Shown one piece after another: positions 25,001 to 38,980 of a stretch of DNA of 64,000 nucleotides. Location: assembly GCA_963514005.1 (NCBI GenBank), contig OY740798.1, positions 51,832,001-51,896,000 on the forward strand. Reading direction: 5' to 3'. Position 1 is the stretch's first letter; every line of letters starts with the position of its first letter. The stretch comes from Raja brachyura. Lineage: Eukaryota. Position numbers and translations under genes: made by a program. Below the pieces are notes generated by a model. It was not told where the DNA came from. It made no database searches and worked only from the letters and a program-made list of their open reading frames with translations.

Positions 25001-26506
25001 AAAAAGTTATTAAAGCCTCCCGAAAAACCAACTTTTAATATAAAAATAAACGATTTACCTTTTTTTCTCCCCTACGCAAAATCCTTCCGGTTGTCTGTGC
25101 TCACGGCTTTTGAAGGTGATTTTTAAATTACTCTAGTTAATAAATAATTTAGAGTAATTTAAAAATACCTTCATTCATGAAATGTCGGAGCGATTTTTCT
25201 TCCGCAACGAAATTGCCCGACATTCATTGATTATCCCTGCCTGTGGAAAAACGGCACTTTAAGCCCGCCCCCCTCTGAAAGGCGCCAAAGTCACGCACAC
25301 GGGGAGCGGCAGAACTGCAGCGCTGCTCAAGGTAAGTTTTGTAACATACCTATTTACTGGTGTTTAGAATAGATGATTTGGGATGTTCAGTTGTTTAAAA
25401 TCTGCTTGGGTGAGACACTTAGTCAAAGATCACTGAAACAGGCCCTTCGGCCCAACTTGCCGTTGTCAACCAAGGTGCCCCATCTAAACTAGTCCCACCT
25501 GCCCGTGATTGGCCCATTTCCATCAATCTATGCTTTTACTAAAACTCTCATTTTGACCACTTCCGGTCTGCGTTGTAATTAAATATGCGCAAAAACGATC
25601 CCCCATAGCGCTAACATTTTTCGCCACCTTACTCACCGTTCTCCTCTGCTGCAAGTCAAATAAGTTTTGTCCCGATCGGTGAAATATTATAAAAGTTATT
25701 GGTCTGTTATTCGCCAGGACGGCGACACCCCTTCCGGCACCCACTGTCAATCACCGGCCGCGAGAATAAAGCTGAGGGAGCGTTGTGAGCAGAGTGCGAG
25801 CTGTGTTCTGTGTTCTACGAGCGGGGGACCACACCACCCCTTCCCACATACACCCCCTCCCCTATCCCCACAACCCCCTCTCCTCTGCACCCCCCCACAC
25901 CCCCCTCCCCTACACCCCACCTTCCCCTCAACCACCCCCTCCCCCACACTCCCTCCTACCACACACGCCCCTCCTCCCTATCAACCACCCCCATCCACAC
26001 ACCACCCCTACTCCCACCCCCACCATCCCCCCTACCCCCCCCCCCCCCCCCCCACCCATGAGGTTGGAGGAGGTGCAGGTGAACCTCTGCCTCAGCTGGA
26101 AAGACTGCTTGGGTCCTTGGATGGAGTCGAGGGGGGAGGTAAAGCGACATTTGTAGCCTTTCCTGTGGTTGCAAGGGAAAGTACCAGAGGAAGGGGGTGA
26201 TTTGTGTGGGAAGGGACGAATTGACCAGGGAATTGGTTCAGGTAGTCCTTGCTTGCGCCATCCTTCCCGTCCCCTTCACAGCTCTCCCACAGCCTACTCT
26301 CTCTGCCTCTTCCTTTTTTTCCCCTCCCCACCGCCCCACATCAGTGTGAAGAAGGTCTCGACCCGAAACGTCCCCTATTCCTTCGCTCCATAGATGTTGC
26401 CTCACCCGCTGAGTTTCTCCAGCATTTTTGTCTACCGTCGGTTTTTCCAGCATCTGCAGTTCCTTCTTAAACATCAGGTTTAATTAAGTTCTTTTTTATT
26501 CTGCAG

Positions 26507-26551
26507 GTTTTGGCAAAATAGAAAATGTTGTCAATGAAAATGTCGATAAAG
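26507..26551 (+). CDS. 45-nt micro-exon, copy 7
   Basis: Identical exon and splice sites. Confidence 0.7.
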
Positions 26552-28915
26552 GTAAAAGTCTTCATTTCCAATAGTTACTGTATTTTGAATGTTTGCTTCA
26601 AGTAGAAATTTAGATCATTACACATGATCCAAATGTTCTCAAAACACAAAGCATCTGGGTATTCAATTATCTGGATATTCAAATTACTAGAAAATATAAA
26701 TCTTTATTCAATGCAAACTATATGCCCTTACTTACTAAATTAAATGCTTTGATTACATTTTGGAAACACTATTGATGTCTTTAATAGGCAGAATAAATGC
26801 CATAAAAATGATTTTTCTGCCACAAATCTTATATCTATTTCAATCAATACCAATATATTGACCTAAATTTTTTTTAAAAACTTGACTCTGATATCACATA
26901 GAAACATAGAAATTAGGTGCAGGAGTAGGCACCTTCGAGCCTGCACCGCCATTCAATATGATCATGGCTGATCATCCAACTACCTGCCTTCTCTCCATAC
27001 CCCCTGATCCCCTTAGCCACAAGGGCCACATCTAACTCCCTCTTAAATATAGCCAATGAACTGGCCTCAACTACCCTCTGTGGCAGAGAGTTCCAGAGAC
27101 ACACCACTCTCTGTGTGAAAAAAGTCCTTCTCATCTCGGTCCTAAAGGATTTCCCCCTTATCCTTAAGCTGTGACCCCTTGTCCTGGACCTCCCCAACAT
27201 CGGGAACAATCTTCCTGCATCTGGCCTGTCCAACCCCTTAAGAATTTTGTAAGTTTTTATAAGATCCCCTCTCAATCTCCTAAATTCTAGAGAGTATAAA
27301 CCGAGTTTATACAGTCTTTGTTCATAAGACAGTCCTGACATCCCAGGAATCAGTCTGGTGAACCTTCTCTGCACTCCCTCTATGGCAATAATGTCCTTCC
27401 TCAGATTTGGAGACCAGAACTGTACGCAATACTCCAGGTGTGGCCTCACCAAGACCCTATACAACTGAAGTAGAACCTCCCTGCTCCTATACTCAAATCC
27501 TTTTGCTATGAAGCTATCACAATGATATCGCTATGATTGCTATCACAAATTTCATATGGGACTATAAGTACTTGTTGGACAATTCTGCCCAGCAGGTAGA
27601 TTGGATAGCAATGGAGAGAGAGGACTGCTCTCCTTTTAATATAGGAGCGATCCTTCTCTCACCAATACAACTGAATAATATAATATACAAGAAAAATCCA
27701 ATTATTCATCGTACAATACGAACGAGGAGACAAATAAAATCAACTTTCAAATTAAGAAATCTATCACGTCGCTCTCCTATTGTTAATAATCCGTCGTTTA
27801 AACCATCTACTGTCAATAAAATGTTTACACACTGGGAAAGAATAGAAATATTTTTTACAAAAGTATTTAAAACAGAAAAGAACCCCAATGCAGAATTGAT
27901 TATCTTTGGAACAATGGAGACCGGCTCTGAGCTGACTTCGTTCCAAGAGAGTTTCCTTAACTATGGCTTAATAACGAGAGGACAAGTTGGTCCAAAGGGC
28001 CTGTTTCCACACTGTATGACTACGACTCTGTCTTTGGGATGTAGGAAGAAACCCGCACGTTCACAGGGGGGGAACGTGCAAACGCCACACAGACAGCACC
28101 CGGTGGTCAGGATCGAAACCGGGTCTCTGGCGCCGCGCCACTGCGCCGACCCTTTCACTTCAAACTTTACACTAGATTTATTTGATTGTCTCTTTCACAA
28201 CAAAGTTTCACGTTGAATAAATTAGTTTTATTTTTTTACTGGTGTTGAGAATAGATGATTTGGGATGTTCAGTTGTTTAAAATCAGCTTGGGTGAGACAC
28301 TTAGTCAAAGATCACTGAAACAGGCCCTTCGGCCCAACTTGCCGTTGTCAACCAAGGTGCCCCATCTAAACTAGTCCCACCTGCCCGTGATTGGCCCATT
28401 TCCATCAATCTATGCTTTTACTAAAACTCTCATCTTGACCACTTCCGGTCTGCGTTGTTATTAAATATGCGCAAAAACGATCCCCCATAGCGCTAACATT
28501 TTTCGCCACCTTACTCACTGTTCTCCTCTGCTGCAAGTCAAATAAGTTTTGTCCCGATCGGTGAAATATTATAAAAGTTATTGGTCTGTTATTCGCCAGG
28601 AAGGCGACACCCCTTCCGGCACCTGCTGTCAATCACCGGCCGCGAGAATAAAGCTGAGGGAGCGTTGTGAGCAGAGTGCGAGCTGTGTTCTGTGTTCTAC
28701 GAGCGGGGGCCCACACCACCCCTTCCCACATACACCCCCTCCCCTATCCTCACAACCCCCTCTCCTCTGCACCCCCCCACACCCCCCTCCCCTACACCCC
28801 ACCTTCCCCTCAACCACCCCCTCCCCCACACTCCCTCCTACCACACACGCCCCTCCTCCCTACCAACCGCCCCTATTCACAAACCTCCCCTACTCCCACC
28901 CCCACCATCCCCGTC

Positions 28916-28946
<31 letters not shown>

Positions 28947-29399
28947 ACCCATGAGGTTGGAGGAGGTGCAGGTGAACCTCTGCCTCAGCTGGAAAGACTG
29001 CTTGGGTCCTTGGATGGAGTCGAGGGGGGAGGTAAAGCGACATTTGTAGCATTTCCTGTGGTTGCAAGGGAAAGTACCAGAGGAAGGGGGTGATTTGTGT
29101 GGGAAGGGACGAATTGACCAGGGAATTGGTTCAGGTAGTCCTTGCTTTCGCCATCCTTCCCGTCCCCTTCACAGCTCTCCCACAGCCTACTCTCTCTGCC
29201 TCTTCCTTTTTTTCCCCTCCCCACCGCCCCACATCAGTGTGAAGAAGGTCTCGACCCGAAACGTCCCCTATTCCTTCGCTCCATAGATGTTGCCTCACCC
29301 GCTGAGTTTCTCCAGCATTTTTGTCTACCGTCGGTTTTTCCAGCATCTGCAGTTCCTTCTTAAACATCAGGTTTAATTAAGCTCTTTTTTATTCTGCAG

Positions 29400-29444
29400 G
29401 TTTTGGCAAAATAGAAAATGTTGTCAATGAAAATGTCGATAAAG
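29400..29444 (+). CDS. 45-nt micro-exon, copy 8
   Basis: Identical exon and splice sites. Confidence 0.7.
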
Positions 29445-32400
29445 GTAAAAGTCTTCATTTCCAATAGTTACTGTATTTTGAATGTTTGCTTCAAGTAGAA
29501 ATTTAGATCATTACACATGATCCAAATGTTCTCAAAACACAAAGCATCTGGGTATTCAATTATCTGGATATTCAAATTACTAGAAAATATAAATCTTTAT
29601 TCAATGCAAACTATATGCCCTTACTTACTAAATTAAATGCTTTGATTACATTTTGGAAACACTATTGATGTCTTTAATAGGCAGAATAAATGCCATAAAA
29701 ATGATTTTTCTGCCACAAATCTTATATCTATTTCAATCAATACCAATATATTGACCTACATTTTTTTTTAAACTTGACTCTGATATCACAAATTTCATAT
29801 GGGACTATAAGTACTTGTTGGACAATTCTGCCCAGCAGGTAGATTGGATAGCAATGGAGAGAGAGGACTGCTCTCCTTTTAATATAGGAGCGATCCTTCT
29901 CTCACCGATAAAACTGAATAATATAATATACAAGAAAAATCCAATTATTCATCGTACAATACGAACGAGGAGACAAATAAAATCAACTTTCAAATTAAGA
30001 AATCTATCACGTCGCTCTCCTATTGTTAATAATCCGCCGTTTAAACCATCTACTGTCAATAAAATGTTTACACACTGGGAAAGAATAGAAATATTTTTTA
30101 CAAAAGTATTTAAAACAGAAAAGACCCCCATTGCAGAATTGATTATCTTTGGAACAATGGAGACCGGCTCTGAGCTGACTTTGTTCCAAGAGAGTTTCCT
30201 TAACTATGGCTTAATAACGAGAGGACAAGTTGGTCCAAAGGGCCTGTTTCCACACTGTATGACTACGACTCTGTCTTTGGGATGTAGGAAGAAACCCGCA
30301 CGTTCACAGGGGGGGGAACGTGCAAACGCCACACAGACATCACCCGGTGGTCAGGATCGAAACCGGGTCTCTGGCGCTGCGCCGCTGCGCCGACCCTTTC
30401 ACTTCAAACTTTACACTAGATTTATTTCATTGTCTCATTCACAACAAAGTTTCACGTTGAATAAATTAGTTTTATTTTTTTACTGTAGCAATGTTACAAA
30501 ATTTTGAGATTTTAAAAATCAAGTCTGCAATTTATCCCATCAGATAAAGCATAAAAAGAAGTTGAATTTGACACCTAATTCACTTTCATATCTTCAGTAT
30601 TAAGAAAATTATGGCCATTTTCATACTCGGAAATTAGCATCTTGTTCCCCATTGCCTTTCAATTGACTTAACTCAAAAGCTGTGATCTGGAACAGTTAAA
30701 AGCCCATAACTTTCTTAAAAATTAAGAAAAGCAATGAAATTTTCAGTTATTATAGATTGAAGCATTCTGAAACAAATATTAAACAATCTTACTTGGATGA
30801 CCTGAAATTAAAGCATATAATTAGTTAGTTATCTAATTGTAGCTAATTACAAAATTCAATGAGTAGATCTAAACATTTATCCATTTCTTAAGAAAAGAAA
30901 AACTTTTTTTAAATTGCCTAAGTGTCCAAATAACATTCACACAATAATCCACAATATAACATAATTTTTAAATCTCATTTTCATGAATTTCTGGGCCAAA
31001 TGGAAGGAATTTAGTGTTTGATTCCTGTAAATTAATGGCCATTTAAATCAACTAGCGAGTGGGTTTTAGTGGAATGCGGTGAATTGGAACGTTGCGGTTC
31101 AGGCACGTGCCGTGAGTAATTACTCAGGGTAGGCACTCGTCCGCTTTAAAAAAAAAATTAAACCACGCATGCGCAATTTGTTCTCCCCGTTAAATAAATA
31201 AATAAATAAAAACGGTGACATTTCAATTTGCCCAAGGCTTCCTAGTCCTAGACCAATTGGGGAACAGTTCCTTTCACAGCGTGTGGAGAGTCTGTGCCAG
31301 GGGTAAAGTTGTGGGGAGGGCACGAGTATTGAGAAGGAGGGTGTCGGGGATACTGCCAGTAACTCACTCACCGCTACCGCAGCTCTCCGGGCGCGAAGCC
31401 ACGCACTGTAGCTGGGGATAGAAGCAGCTCGGGGAGCTACGAGCGGCCACCGGGACCTGACAGCAGAACTGGCCGCCACTTCAGCGCCTTCTGCCGGCCC
31501 GCTCACCTTTGGCAGTGCTCTCCGTCGGAACACCTGTCACCTGCCGTTCGCCGACTTCGCTCATGTCAGCGGCTTCCTGCAAATCCTTAAATTCGCACAG
31601 CCCAGTAACCTCAATCGCGCTGTCGGAATTTAAGGACATGAGTGAGGCCAGCGAGCGGCAGGAGAGAGGTTTTTAGACGGAGAGCTGCCTGAGGTGAGCG
31701 ACTGGCAGAAGGAGCTAAGGTGGCGGCTGGTTCCGCTGTCCGGCCCGGCGGCCGCTCAGCCACCCGAGCTAATTCTCTCTCTTCTCCCCCCCCCCCCGGC
31801 CTCAGAGCGGTGGCATCCCACGCCTCCGTGCAAGGAGCATCGCAAGTGGATGCTCCCGACCCCTCATTCATAACATTCGTGCCCTCCCCGCAACTTTACC
31901 CCGGGCCAGACTCCCCAAACGCTGTGAAAGAAGCGCTCCCCCCACCCACACACCCCGGGAAATACGGTATTTAAAAACGTAAACACAAAATGTACTTACC
32001 ACATTATTGGTACACGACAAACCATAGATGAAAACCCCGCCAAGAAACTTGCGCTGCGCATACGCATCAGTCTACTGCGCATGCGCAGTGCAGCAAAGGC
32101 AGAATTTCTGCTGCCTTCAGCCCTGCTTGAAACTGACGGCTTCAGGCAGTGCTGACGGCACGTGGGCTGCACAGAGCTTCCCGTGTTACAAGCGCTGCGG
32201 ATGAAAGGCACGGAGAATTATGCCTACCTAAGAGATCGATCTTTTACATAGGCATAATTCTCCCATGCCTTTATTATTCATATTTAATTATTACTATGTT
32301 ATAATTTTAGTCAGGGTAGGCAGTGCCTACCTTGCCTACCCTGACGGCACGTGCCTGTTGCGGTTAGCGGTGAAGTCGGGAGGAAAAATACTGTTTTTTC

Positions 32401-35400
32401 ATACATTTTTTTGGACCCCATTTCGCAACATGAAAAAGTTATTAAAGCCTCCCGAAAAACCAACTTTTAATATAAAAATAAACGATTTACCTTTTTTTCT
32501 CCCCTACGCAAAATCCTTCCGGTTGTCTGTGCTCACGGCTTTTGAAGGTGATTTTTAAATTACTCTAGTTAATAAATAATTTAGAGTAATTTAAAAATAC
32601 CTTCATTCATGAAATGTCGGAGCGATTTTTCTTCCGCAACGAAATTGCCCGACATTCATTGATTATCCCTGCCTGTGGAAAAACGGCACTTTAAGCCCGC
32701 CCCCCTCTGAAAGGCGCCAAAGTCACGCACACGGGGAGCGGCAGAACTGCAGCGCTGCTCAAGGTAAGTTTTGTAACATACCTATTTACTGGTGTTTAGA
32801 ATAGATGATTTGGGATGTTCAGTTGTTTAAAATCTGCTTGGGTGAGACACTTAGTCAAAGATCACTGAAACAGGCCCTTCGGCCCAACTTGCCGTTGTCA
32901 ACCAAGGTGCCCCATCTAAACTAGTCCCACCTGCCCGTGATTGGCCCATTTCCATCAATCTATGCTTTTACTAAAACTCTCATTTTGACCACTTCCGGTC
33001 TGCGTTGTAATTAAATATGCGCAAAAACGATCCCCCATAGCGCTAACATTTTTCGCCACCTTACTCACCGTTCTCCTCTGCTGCAAGTCAAATAAGTTTT
33101 GTCCCGATCGGTGAAATATTATAAAAGTTATTGGTCTGTTATTCGCCAGGACGGCGACACCCCTTCCGGCACCCACTGTCAATCACCGGCCGCGAGAATA
33201 AAGCTGAGGGAGCGTTGTGAGCAGAGTGCGAGCTGTGTTCTGTGTTCTACGAGCGGGGGACCACACCACCCCTTCCCACATACACCCCCTCCCCTATCCC
33301 CACAACCCCCTCTCCTCTGCACCCCCCCACACCCCCCTCCCCTACACCCCACCTTCCCCTCAACCACCCCCTCCCCCACACTCCCTCCTACCACACACGC
33401 CCCTCCTCCCTATCAACCACCCCCATCCACACACCACCCCTACTCCCACCCCCACCATCCCCCCTACCCCCCCCCCCCCCCCCCACCCATGAGGTTGGAG
33501 GAGGTGCAGGTGAACCTCTGCCTCAGCTGGAAAGACTACTTGGGTCCTTGGATGGAGTCGAGGGGGAAGGTAAAGCGACATTTGTAGCATTTCCTGTGGT
33601 TGCAAGGGAAAGTACCAGAGGAAGGGGGTGATTTGTGTAGGAAGGGGCGAATTGACCAGGGAATTGGTTCAGGTAGTCCTTGCTTTCGCCATCCTTCCCA
33701 TCCCCTTCACAGAGGACAAGTTGGTCCAAAGGGCCTGTTTCCACACTGTATGACTACGACTCTGTCTTTGGCATGTAGGAAGAAACCCGCACGTTCACAG
33801 GGGGGGAACGTGCAAACGCCACACAGACAGCACCCGGTGGTCAGGATCAAAACCGGGTCTCTGGCGCCACGCCACTGCGCCGACCCTTTCACTTCAAACT
33901 TTACACTAGATTTATTTGATTGTCTCTTTCACAACAAAGTTTCACGTTGAATAAATTAGTTTTATTTTTTTACTGGTGTTGAGAATAGATGATTTGGGAT
34001 GTTCAGTTGTTTAAAATCAGCTTGGGTGAGACACTTAGTCAAAGATCACTGAAACAGGCCCTTCGGCCCAACTTGCCGTTGTCAACCAAGGTGCCCCATC
34101 TAAACTAGTCCCACCTGCCCGTGATTGGCCCATTTCCATCAATCTATGCTTTTACTAAAACTCTCATCTTGACCACTTCCGGTCTGCGTTGTTATTAAAT
34201 ATGCGCAAAAACGATCCCCCATAGCGCTAACATTTTTCGCCACCTTACTCACCGTTCTCCTCTGCTGCAAGTCAAATAAGTTTTGTCCCGATCGGTGAAA
34301 TATTATAAAAGTTATTGGTCTGTTATTCGCCAGGAAGGCGACACCCCTTCCGGCACCTGCTGTCAATCACCGGCCGCGAGAATAAAGCTGAGGGAGCGTT
34401 GTGAGCAGAGTGCGAGCTGTGTTCTGTGTTCTACGAGCGGGGGCCCACACCACCGCTTCCCACATACACCCCCTCCCCTATCCTCACAACCCCCTCTCCT
34501 CTGCACCCCCCCACACCCCCCTCCCTTACACCCCACCTTCCCCTCAACCACCCCCTCCCCCACACTCCCTCCTACCACACACGCCCCTCCTCCCTACCAA
34601 CCGCCCCCATTCACAAACCTCCCCTACTCCCACCCCCACCATCCCCGTCTCCCCGTCCACCCCCCCCCCCCCCCCCCCCCACCCATGAGGTTGGAGGAGG
34701 TGCAGGTGAACCTCTGCCTCAGCTGGAAAGACTACTTGGGTCCTTGGATGGAGTCGAGGGGGAAGGTAAAGCGACATTTGTAGCATTTCCTGTGGTTGCA
34801 AGGGAAAGTACCAGAGGAAGGGGGTGATTTGTGTAGGAAGGGGCGAATTGACCAGGGAATTGGTTCAGGTAGTCCTTGCTTTCGCCATCCTTCCCATCCC
34901 CTTCACAGAGGACAAGTTGGTCCAAAGGGCCTGTTTCCACACTGTATGACTACGACTCTGTCTTTGGCATGTAGGAAGAAACCCGCACGTTCACAGGGGG
35001 GGAACGTGCAAACGCCACACAGACAGCAACCGGTGGTCAGGATCAAAACCGGGTCTCTGGCGCTGCGCCACTGCGCCGACCCTTTCACTTCAAACTTTAC
35101 ACTAGATTTATTTGATTGTCTCTTTCACAACAAAGTTTCACGTTGAATAAATTAGTTTTATTTTTTTACTGGTGTTGAGAATAGATGATTTGGGATGTTC
35201 AGTTGTTTAAAATCTGCTTGGGTGAGACACTTAATCAAAGATCACTGAAACAGGCCCTTCGGCCCAACTTGCCGTTGTCAACCAAGGTGCCCCATCTAAA
35301 CTAGTCCCACCTGCCCGTGATTGGCCCATTTCCATCAATCTATGCTTTTACTAAAACTCTCATCTTGACCACTTCCGGTCTGCGTTGTAATTAAATATGC

Positions 35401-36315
35401 TCAAAAACGATCCCCCATAGCGCTAACATTTTTCGCCACCTTACTCACCGTTCTCTGCTGCAAGTCAAATAGGTTTTGTCCCGATTGGTGAAATATTATA
35501 AAAGTTATTGGTCTGTTATTCGCCAGGACGGCGACACCCCTTCCGGCACTCGCTGTCAATCACCGGCCGCGAGAATAAAGCTGAGGGAGCGTTGTGAGCA
35601 GAGTGCGAGCTGTGTTCTGTGTTCTACGAGCGGGGGCCCACACCACCGCTTCCCACATACACCCCCTCCCCTATCCCCACAACCCCCTCTCCTCTGCACC
35701 CCCCCCCCCCCACACCCCCCTCCCCTACACCCCACCTTCCCCTCAACCACCCCCTCCCCCACACTCCCTCCTACCACACACGCCCCTCCTCACTACCACA
35801 CCCCCCCCATCCACACACCTCCCCTACTCCCACCCCCACCATCCCCCGTACCCCCCCACCCCCCCCCCCCCCCCACCCATGAGGTTGGAGGAGGTGCAGG
35901 TAAACCTCTGCCTCTGCTTGGGTCCTTGGATGGAGTCGAGGGGGGAGGTAAAGCGACATTTGTAGCATTTCCTGTGGTTGCAAGGGAAAGTACCAGAGGA
36001 AGGGGGTGATTTGTGTGGGAAGGGACGAATTGACCAGGGAATTGGTTCAGGTAGTCCTTGCTTTCGCCATCCTTCCCGTCCCCTTCACAGCTCTCCCACA
36101 GCCTACTCTCTCTGCCTCTTCCTTTTTTTCCCCTCCCCACCGCCCCACATCAGTGTGAAGAAGGTCTCGACCCGAAACGTCCCCTATTCCTTCGCTCCAT
36201 AGATGTTGCCTCACCCGCTGAGTTTCTCCAGCATTTTTGTCTACCGTCGGTTTTTCCAGCATCTGCAGTTCCTTCTTAAACATCAGGTTTAATTAAGCTC
36301 TTTTTTATTCTGCAG

Positions 36316-36360
36316 GTTTTGGCAAAATAGAAAATGTTGTCAATGAAAATGTCGATAAAG
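36316..36360 (+). CDS. 45-nt micro-exon, copy 9 (terminal monomer)
   Basis: Identical exon and splice sites. Confidence 0.72.
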
Positions 36361-37714
36361 GTAAAAGTCTTCATTTCCAATAGTTACTGTATTTTGAATG
36401 TTTGCTTCAAGTAGAAATTTAGATCATTACACATGATCCAAATGTTCTCAAAACACAAAGCATCTGGGTATTCAATTATCTGGATATTCAAATTACTAGA
36501 AAATATAAATCTTTATTCAATGCAAACTATATGCCCTTACTTACTAAATTAAATGCTTTGATTACATTTTGGAAACACTATTGATGTCTTTAATAGGCAG
36601 AATAAATGCCATAAAAATGATTTTTCTGCCACAAATCTTATATCTATTTCAATCAATACCAATATATTGACCTACATTTTTTTTTTAAACTTGACTCTGA
36701 TATCACAAATTTCATATGGGACTATAAGTACTTGTTGGACAATTCTGCCCAGCAGGTAGATTGGATAGCAATGGAGAGAGAGGACTGCTCTCCTTTTAAT
36801 ATAGGAGCGATCCTTCTCTCACCGATAAAACTGAATAATATAATATACAAGAAAAATCCAATTATTCATCGTACAATACGAACGAGGAGACAAATAAAAT
36901 CAACTTTCAAATTAAGAAATCTATCACGTCGCTCTCCTATTGTTAATAATCCGCCGTTTAAACCATCTACTGTCGATAAAATGTTTACACACTGGGAAAG
37001 AATAGAAATATTTTTTACAAAAGTATTTAAAACAGAAAAGAACCCCAATGCAGAATTGATTATCTTTGGAACAATGGAGACCGGCTCTGAGCTGACTTCG
37101 TTCCAAGAGAGTTTCCTTAACTATGGCTTAATAACGACAAAAAAACATATTAAAATTCTGTAAAATGCACCAACACCAACGCTTAAAATGTGGATTTCAA
37201 ACATGTCTGAATTGTTACACCTAGATGATATGAGATTCGTCCAAGCAGGCAAATCAGACCAATTCTTAAAGATTTGGTCTCCCTTTATTGATTTATTACA
37301 AGCACATGGTGCAACATAATCCTGAAAATAAACTGTTTCAGAAGCGGGTGAGGGGGGCGCAAAGATATGAAGTAGGTACATCCCTTCCATTTTATCTTCC
37401 TTTTATTATCCTTTTTTTATATCTCTCCTTTCTCCCTTTTTCTTGTACTTTTCATGAACTATCACTTCAGTTCTTTAAAATCTGCTTGGGTGAGACACAT
37501 AGTCATAGTCATAGATCATGGAAAAAGGCCCTTCGGCCCAACTTGTCCTTGTCAACCAAGATGCCCCATCTAAACTAGTCCCACCTGCCCACGATTGGCC
37601 CATATCCCTCTAAACCTATCCTATCCATGTTCCTGCCCAAGTGTTTAGAAATGAGTTTAATACTCTGACTTTGGAAGTGGCAATTTGATTTGACTAATGT
37701 CAGGCTTAATTAAG

Positions 37715-38220
37715 GGGAGACAAAAATGCTGGAGAAACTCAGCGGGTGAGGCAGCATCTATGGAGCGAAGAAATAGGCGATGTTTCGGGTCAAGACCCTT
37801 CTTTAGACTGATGTGGGGGGGGGGGGGGGGGTGTGGCGGGAAAAAAAAAGGAAGAGGTGGAGACAGTAGGCTGTGGAACAGCTGGAAGGGGAGGGGAAGG
37901 AGGGTGAAAGCAAGGACAACCCGAAATTGGAGAAGTCAATGTTCATACCTCTGGGGTGTAAACTAGCCAAGCGAAATATGAGGTGCTGCTCCTCCTATTC
38001 TCTCTGGCCATGGAGGAGGCCCAGGACAGAAAAGTCAGATTCGGAATGGGAGGGGGAGTTGAAGTGCTGAGCCACCGGGAGATCAGGTTGGTTATTGCGA
38101 ACTGAGTGGAGGTGTTGGGCGAAGCGATCAACAAGCCTGCGCTTGCTCTCACCGATATGGAGTAGTTGACACCTGGAACAGCGGATGCAATAGATGAGGT
38201 TGGAGGAGGTGCAGGTGAAC
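37715..38220 (-). mobile_element. Penelope-like element 3' part
   Basis: Antisense to 62373-63055 (AAATGCTGGAGAAACTCAGCGGGTGAGGCAGC...GAGGTTGGAGGAGGTGCAGGTGAAC). Confidence 0.85.
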
Positions 38221-38221
38221 A

Positions 38222-38980
38222 GGTTCTGGATTTAGCTGGTGGACACTCATGTGTTTAAATCTCACTCCACCTTCAACATCCGCGGTGAAGGCTCAGGATG
38301 TGCCGCTCAACCAAATGTTAGAGGCCGCAGGATGGTCTTAAGAAGAAACTTTTTCAAAGTTTTACGACAAACCTGTTGTCACAGTGCCAGGATTTGGACA
38401 TGCTGTGTTGAGTCCTGTTTAATTTGTTTGCTTTGTTTTACATCATTTGATTCATATCCTTTGTTGTAATTTCCCCTTGGGATAGAGGGGTTATTACTTT
38501 CCTTTCTTCTTATTATTATTAAAATACTTCTTGCATAATTTCAAGCAATGTTCAATATATTATTTACTCACTACTGTGTTAAGTGAAGCAGTGTGTCATA
38601 TGGTGTGAATCTATGGCATGAAAATCACAGAGCTTTAAAATCTTCACATAGTCACTCACGTGACTGCGAAGACAAATAGTAAGATTAAAAAAGAACTTAC
38701 CTGTTCGAAGTTTGATCTTTTTTTTATGAGGAGTTACGATGAGGGATTACGTGCCCTCCGCTCCCACCCTCATAATCTAAACGATCATCTGGTAGTTCTA
38801 GTCTTTGCGAGCCTTACTATCTTACTTCGGCTATTGGTTTCTGTGTTTTTCACACCGCTGCTTTGAAGTATGACGCGCATGCGCCTGGCGGGGCTTCTTC
38901 ACGTGTTACTCCTCATTGTAACTCCTCATAAAATAAAGATCAAACTTCGAACAGGTAAGTTCTCGTTTAATCTTACTATT
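38222..38980 (+). mobile_element. DIRS 3' end: tyrosine-recombinase C-terminal remnant, ICR and right ITR with extension
   Basis: Frameshifted FKSHST..STSAVKAQDVPLNQMLEAAGWS*EETFSKFY; ~70-bp inverted repeat 38675-38744 / 38911-38980; 38641-38670 matches the DIRS 5' terminus at 2468-2500. Confidence 0.88.

Larger units (their letters stand above)
2505..37137. repeat. Macrosatellite-like tandem array: ~7.43-kb higher-order repeat (monomer A with CR1 + monomer B followed by nested DNA elements), two ~1.2-kb exon-less units and one terminal monomer
   Basis: Identical ORFs recur at 2551, 9979, 17400, 24833, 32265 (spacing 7428, 7421, 7433, 7432), with an internal sub-repeat at ~2.9 kb offset. The right end is at 37137, where L1 sequence continues natively. 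Confidence 0.97.

Noticed and set aside
2505-37137. Array as a pure assembly artefact, or as an rDNA, histone or snRNA cluster
   Set aside because: Units carry private and shared variants (e.g. an 8-bp deletion near 15528; GGTCCG at ~13727 and ~21147), and no rRNA, histone or snRNA sequence was recognised. Exact copy number still needs read support.
2461-38980. Left DIRS terminus and 38.6-39.0-kb DIRS end as the two ends of one giant element capturing the array
   Set aside because: They are in opposite orientations and diverged; the left element extends away from the array.
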